Both the position numbers and the translations under genes were made by a program. Positions 35,024 to 36,076 of a DNA stretch of 36,076 bases are shown piece after piece. Below the pieces are notes generated by a model. It did no database searches, was not told the DNA's origin, and saw only the letters and a list, made by a program, of their open reading frames with translations. Every line of letters begins with the position of its first letter. The first letter of the stretch is position 1. The stretch comes from a virus (taxonomy: Duplodnaviria > Caudoviricetes), in IMG/VR virus record IMGVR_UViG_3300049191_000029, positions 1 through 36,076 of that record; one strand, written 5' to 3'.

Positions 35024-36076
35024 TCGACCGACTCTACCTAGATGACGAAACCTATAGCGAAGTGCCAATCACGCACGGCACCCACCGCTACGCTGAAGGC
35101 GTCGAAGTTATGCTGCGCGCCTGGGCCCTGAACGACGCTGTACCCTCGGTGCAGGACGTGGCCAACGGCGAACCGGCACCCAAGCTGCTGCAAGAAGCCG
35201 TCAGGGCGGCGCGCAACGGCGAGATTGAGGTGTGGGCGCACAACTCCCATTTCGACCGCACCATGGAGCGTTGGGCCGGTTTCGAGATACCCCTGTCGGC
35301 CTGGCGTGACTCCATGGTGCAGGCGCTGTGCCACGGCCTGCCGGGCGCTCTGGGCGATCTATGCGACATTCTCGGCGTGCCGCAAGAGAAGGCCAAGGAC
35401 AAAGACGGCCGTGCGCTGATCATGCTGTTCTGCAAGCCGCGCCCGGCCACCAGCAAGCTGCGCCGCGCCACGCGCGACACCCACCCAGCTGAATGGGAGC
35501 GGTTCAAGTCTTACGCCGGTCTGGACATCGTCGCCATGCGCGAGGTGCTGCGCCGCCTGCCGGCATGGAACTACCCCGGCCGCGAGCTGGCGCTGTGGCA
35601 GCTCGACCAGCAAATTAATGATCGCGGCGTGTGTATTGATATCGACTTGGCCGAGGCGGCACTGGCGGCCGTCGAGGTAGCGCAGAAAGGCCTGGCCAAG
35701 CGCACGCAGCGAATGACAGGCGGCGAGGTGCAGTCGGCCACCCAGCGCGATGCCCTGCTGCTCCACGTCCTGACCGAATACGGCGTCGATTTGCCCGACA
35801 TGCAGATGGCGACTCTCGAGCGACGCATTGCCGATCCTGATTTGCCTGAAGGGCTTCGTGAGCTGCTACGCATCCGGCTCCAGGCATCGACCACCAGCAC
35901 CAGCAAGTACAAGACTTTGCTGCGCGGCGTGTCGTCGGACGGCCGGCTGCGCGGGCTGCTGCAGTTCTGCGGTGCCAACCGCACCGGGCGCTGGGCCGGG
36001 CGTCTGTGGCAGCCGCAGAACCTGCCCCGCCCGACGCTGCCGCAGGAAGAGATTGACCTGGGCATTGAGTCCTTGA
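35020..36076 (+). CDS. polA: Family A DNA polymerase, N-terminal part (3'-5' exonuclease and thumb); missing from the ORF track because it runs off the end
   Basis: Translated by hand: LYLDDETYS (ExoI), WAHNSHFDR (ExoII), YAGLD (ExoIII), RTGRWAGRLWQPQNLPR. Confidence 0.93.
   Translation, partial: MIDRLYLDDETYSEVPITHGTHRYAEGVEVMLRAWALNDAVPSVQDVANGEPAPKLLQEAVRAARNGEIEVWAHNSHFDRTMERWAGFEIPLSAWRDSMVQALCHGLPGALGDLCDILGVPQEKAKDKDGRALIMLFCKPRPATSKLRRATRDTHPAEWERFKSYAGLDIVAMREVLRRLPAWNYPGRELALWQLDQQINDRGVCIDIDLAEAALAAVEVAQKGLAKRTQRMTGGEVQSATQRDALLLHVLTEYGVDLPDMQMATLERRIADPDLPEGLRELLRIRLQASTTSTSKYKTLLRGVSSDGRLRGLLQFCGANRTGRWAGRLWQPQNLPRPTLPQEEIDLGIESL
36045..36076. repeat. Terminal direct repeat (right copy)
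   Basis: 31/32 identical to 1-32. Confidence 0.93.

Overview
The window is a probably complete, circularly permuted ~36.0 kb dsDNA phage genome; positions 1-32 repeat at 36045-36076 with one mismatch. It has podovirus-like (P22-type) head, tail and DNA-ejection genes on the minus strand. It also carries an APSE/BPP-1-like replication module (family A DNA polymerase split across the ends, DUF2800 nuclease, DUF2815 SSB, VRR-NUC, SNF2 helicase, primase-helicase), a divergent XRE/Cro-like regulator pair and a lysis cassette. I found no integrase. The main feature is a diversity-generating retroelement (DGR) at ~2140-4387. A 98-bp template repeat (3165-3262) matches two variable repeats (2385-2482 and 2850-2947), and all 31 mismatches fall at template adenines. 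The targets are two small tandem paralogous DUF1566/CLec-like proteins in the early region, not the tail fibre. No avd gene is recognisable, a ~130-nt structured RNA candidate lies directly upstream of TR, and the RT reading frame starts in or before TR. Other signals: a TTGTACAA operator-like palindrome at 8 intergenic sites, a symmetric GCTCCA repeat array (probable origin), a pseudoknotted RNA candidate after ssb, a DnaJ-type Zn finger inserted in the polymerase, a methyltransferase frameshifted at a (CG)5 tract, and a shared acidic 'DLV' C-terminus on several replication proteins. All product calls come from motif recognition by eye; no database searches were run.
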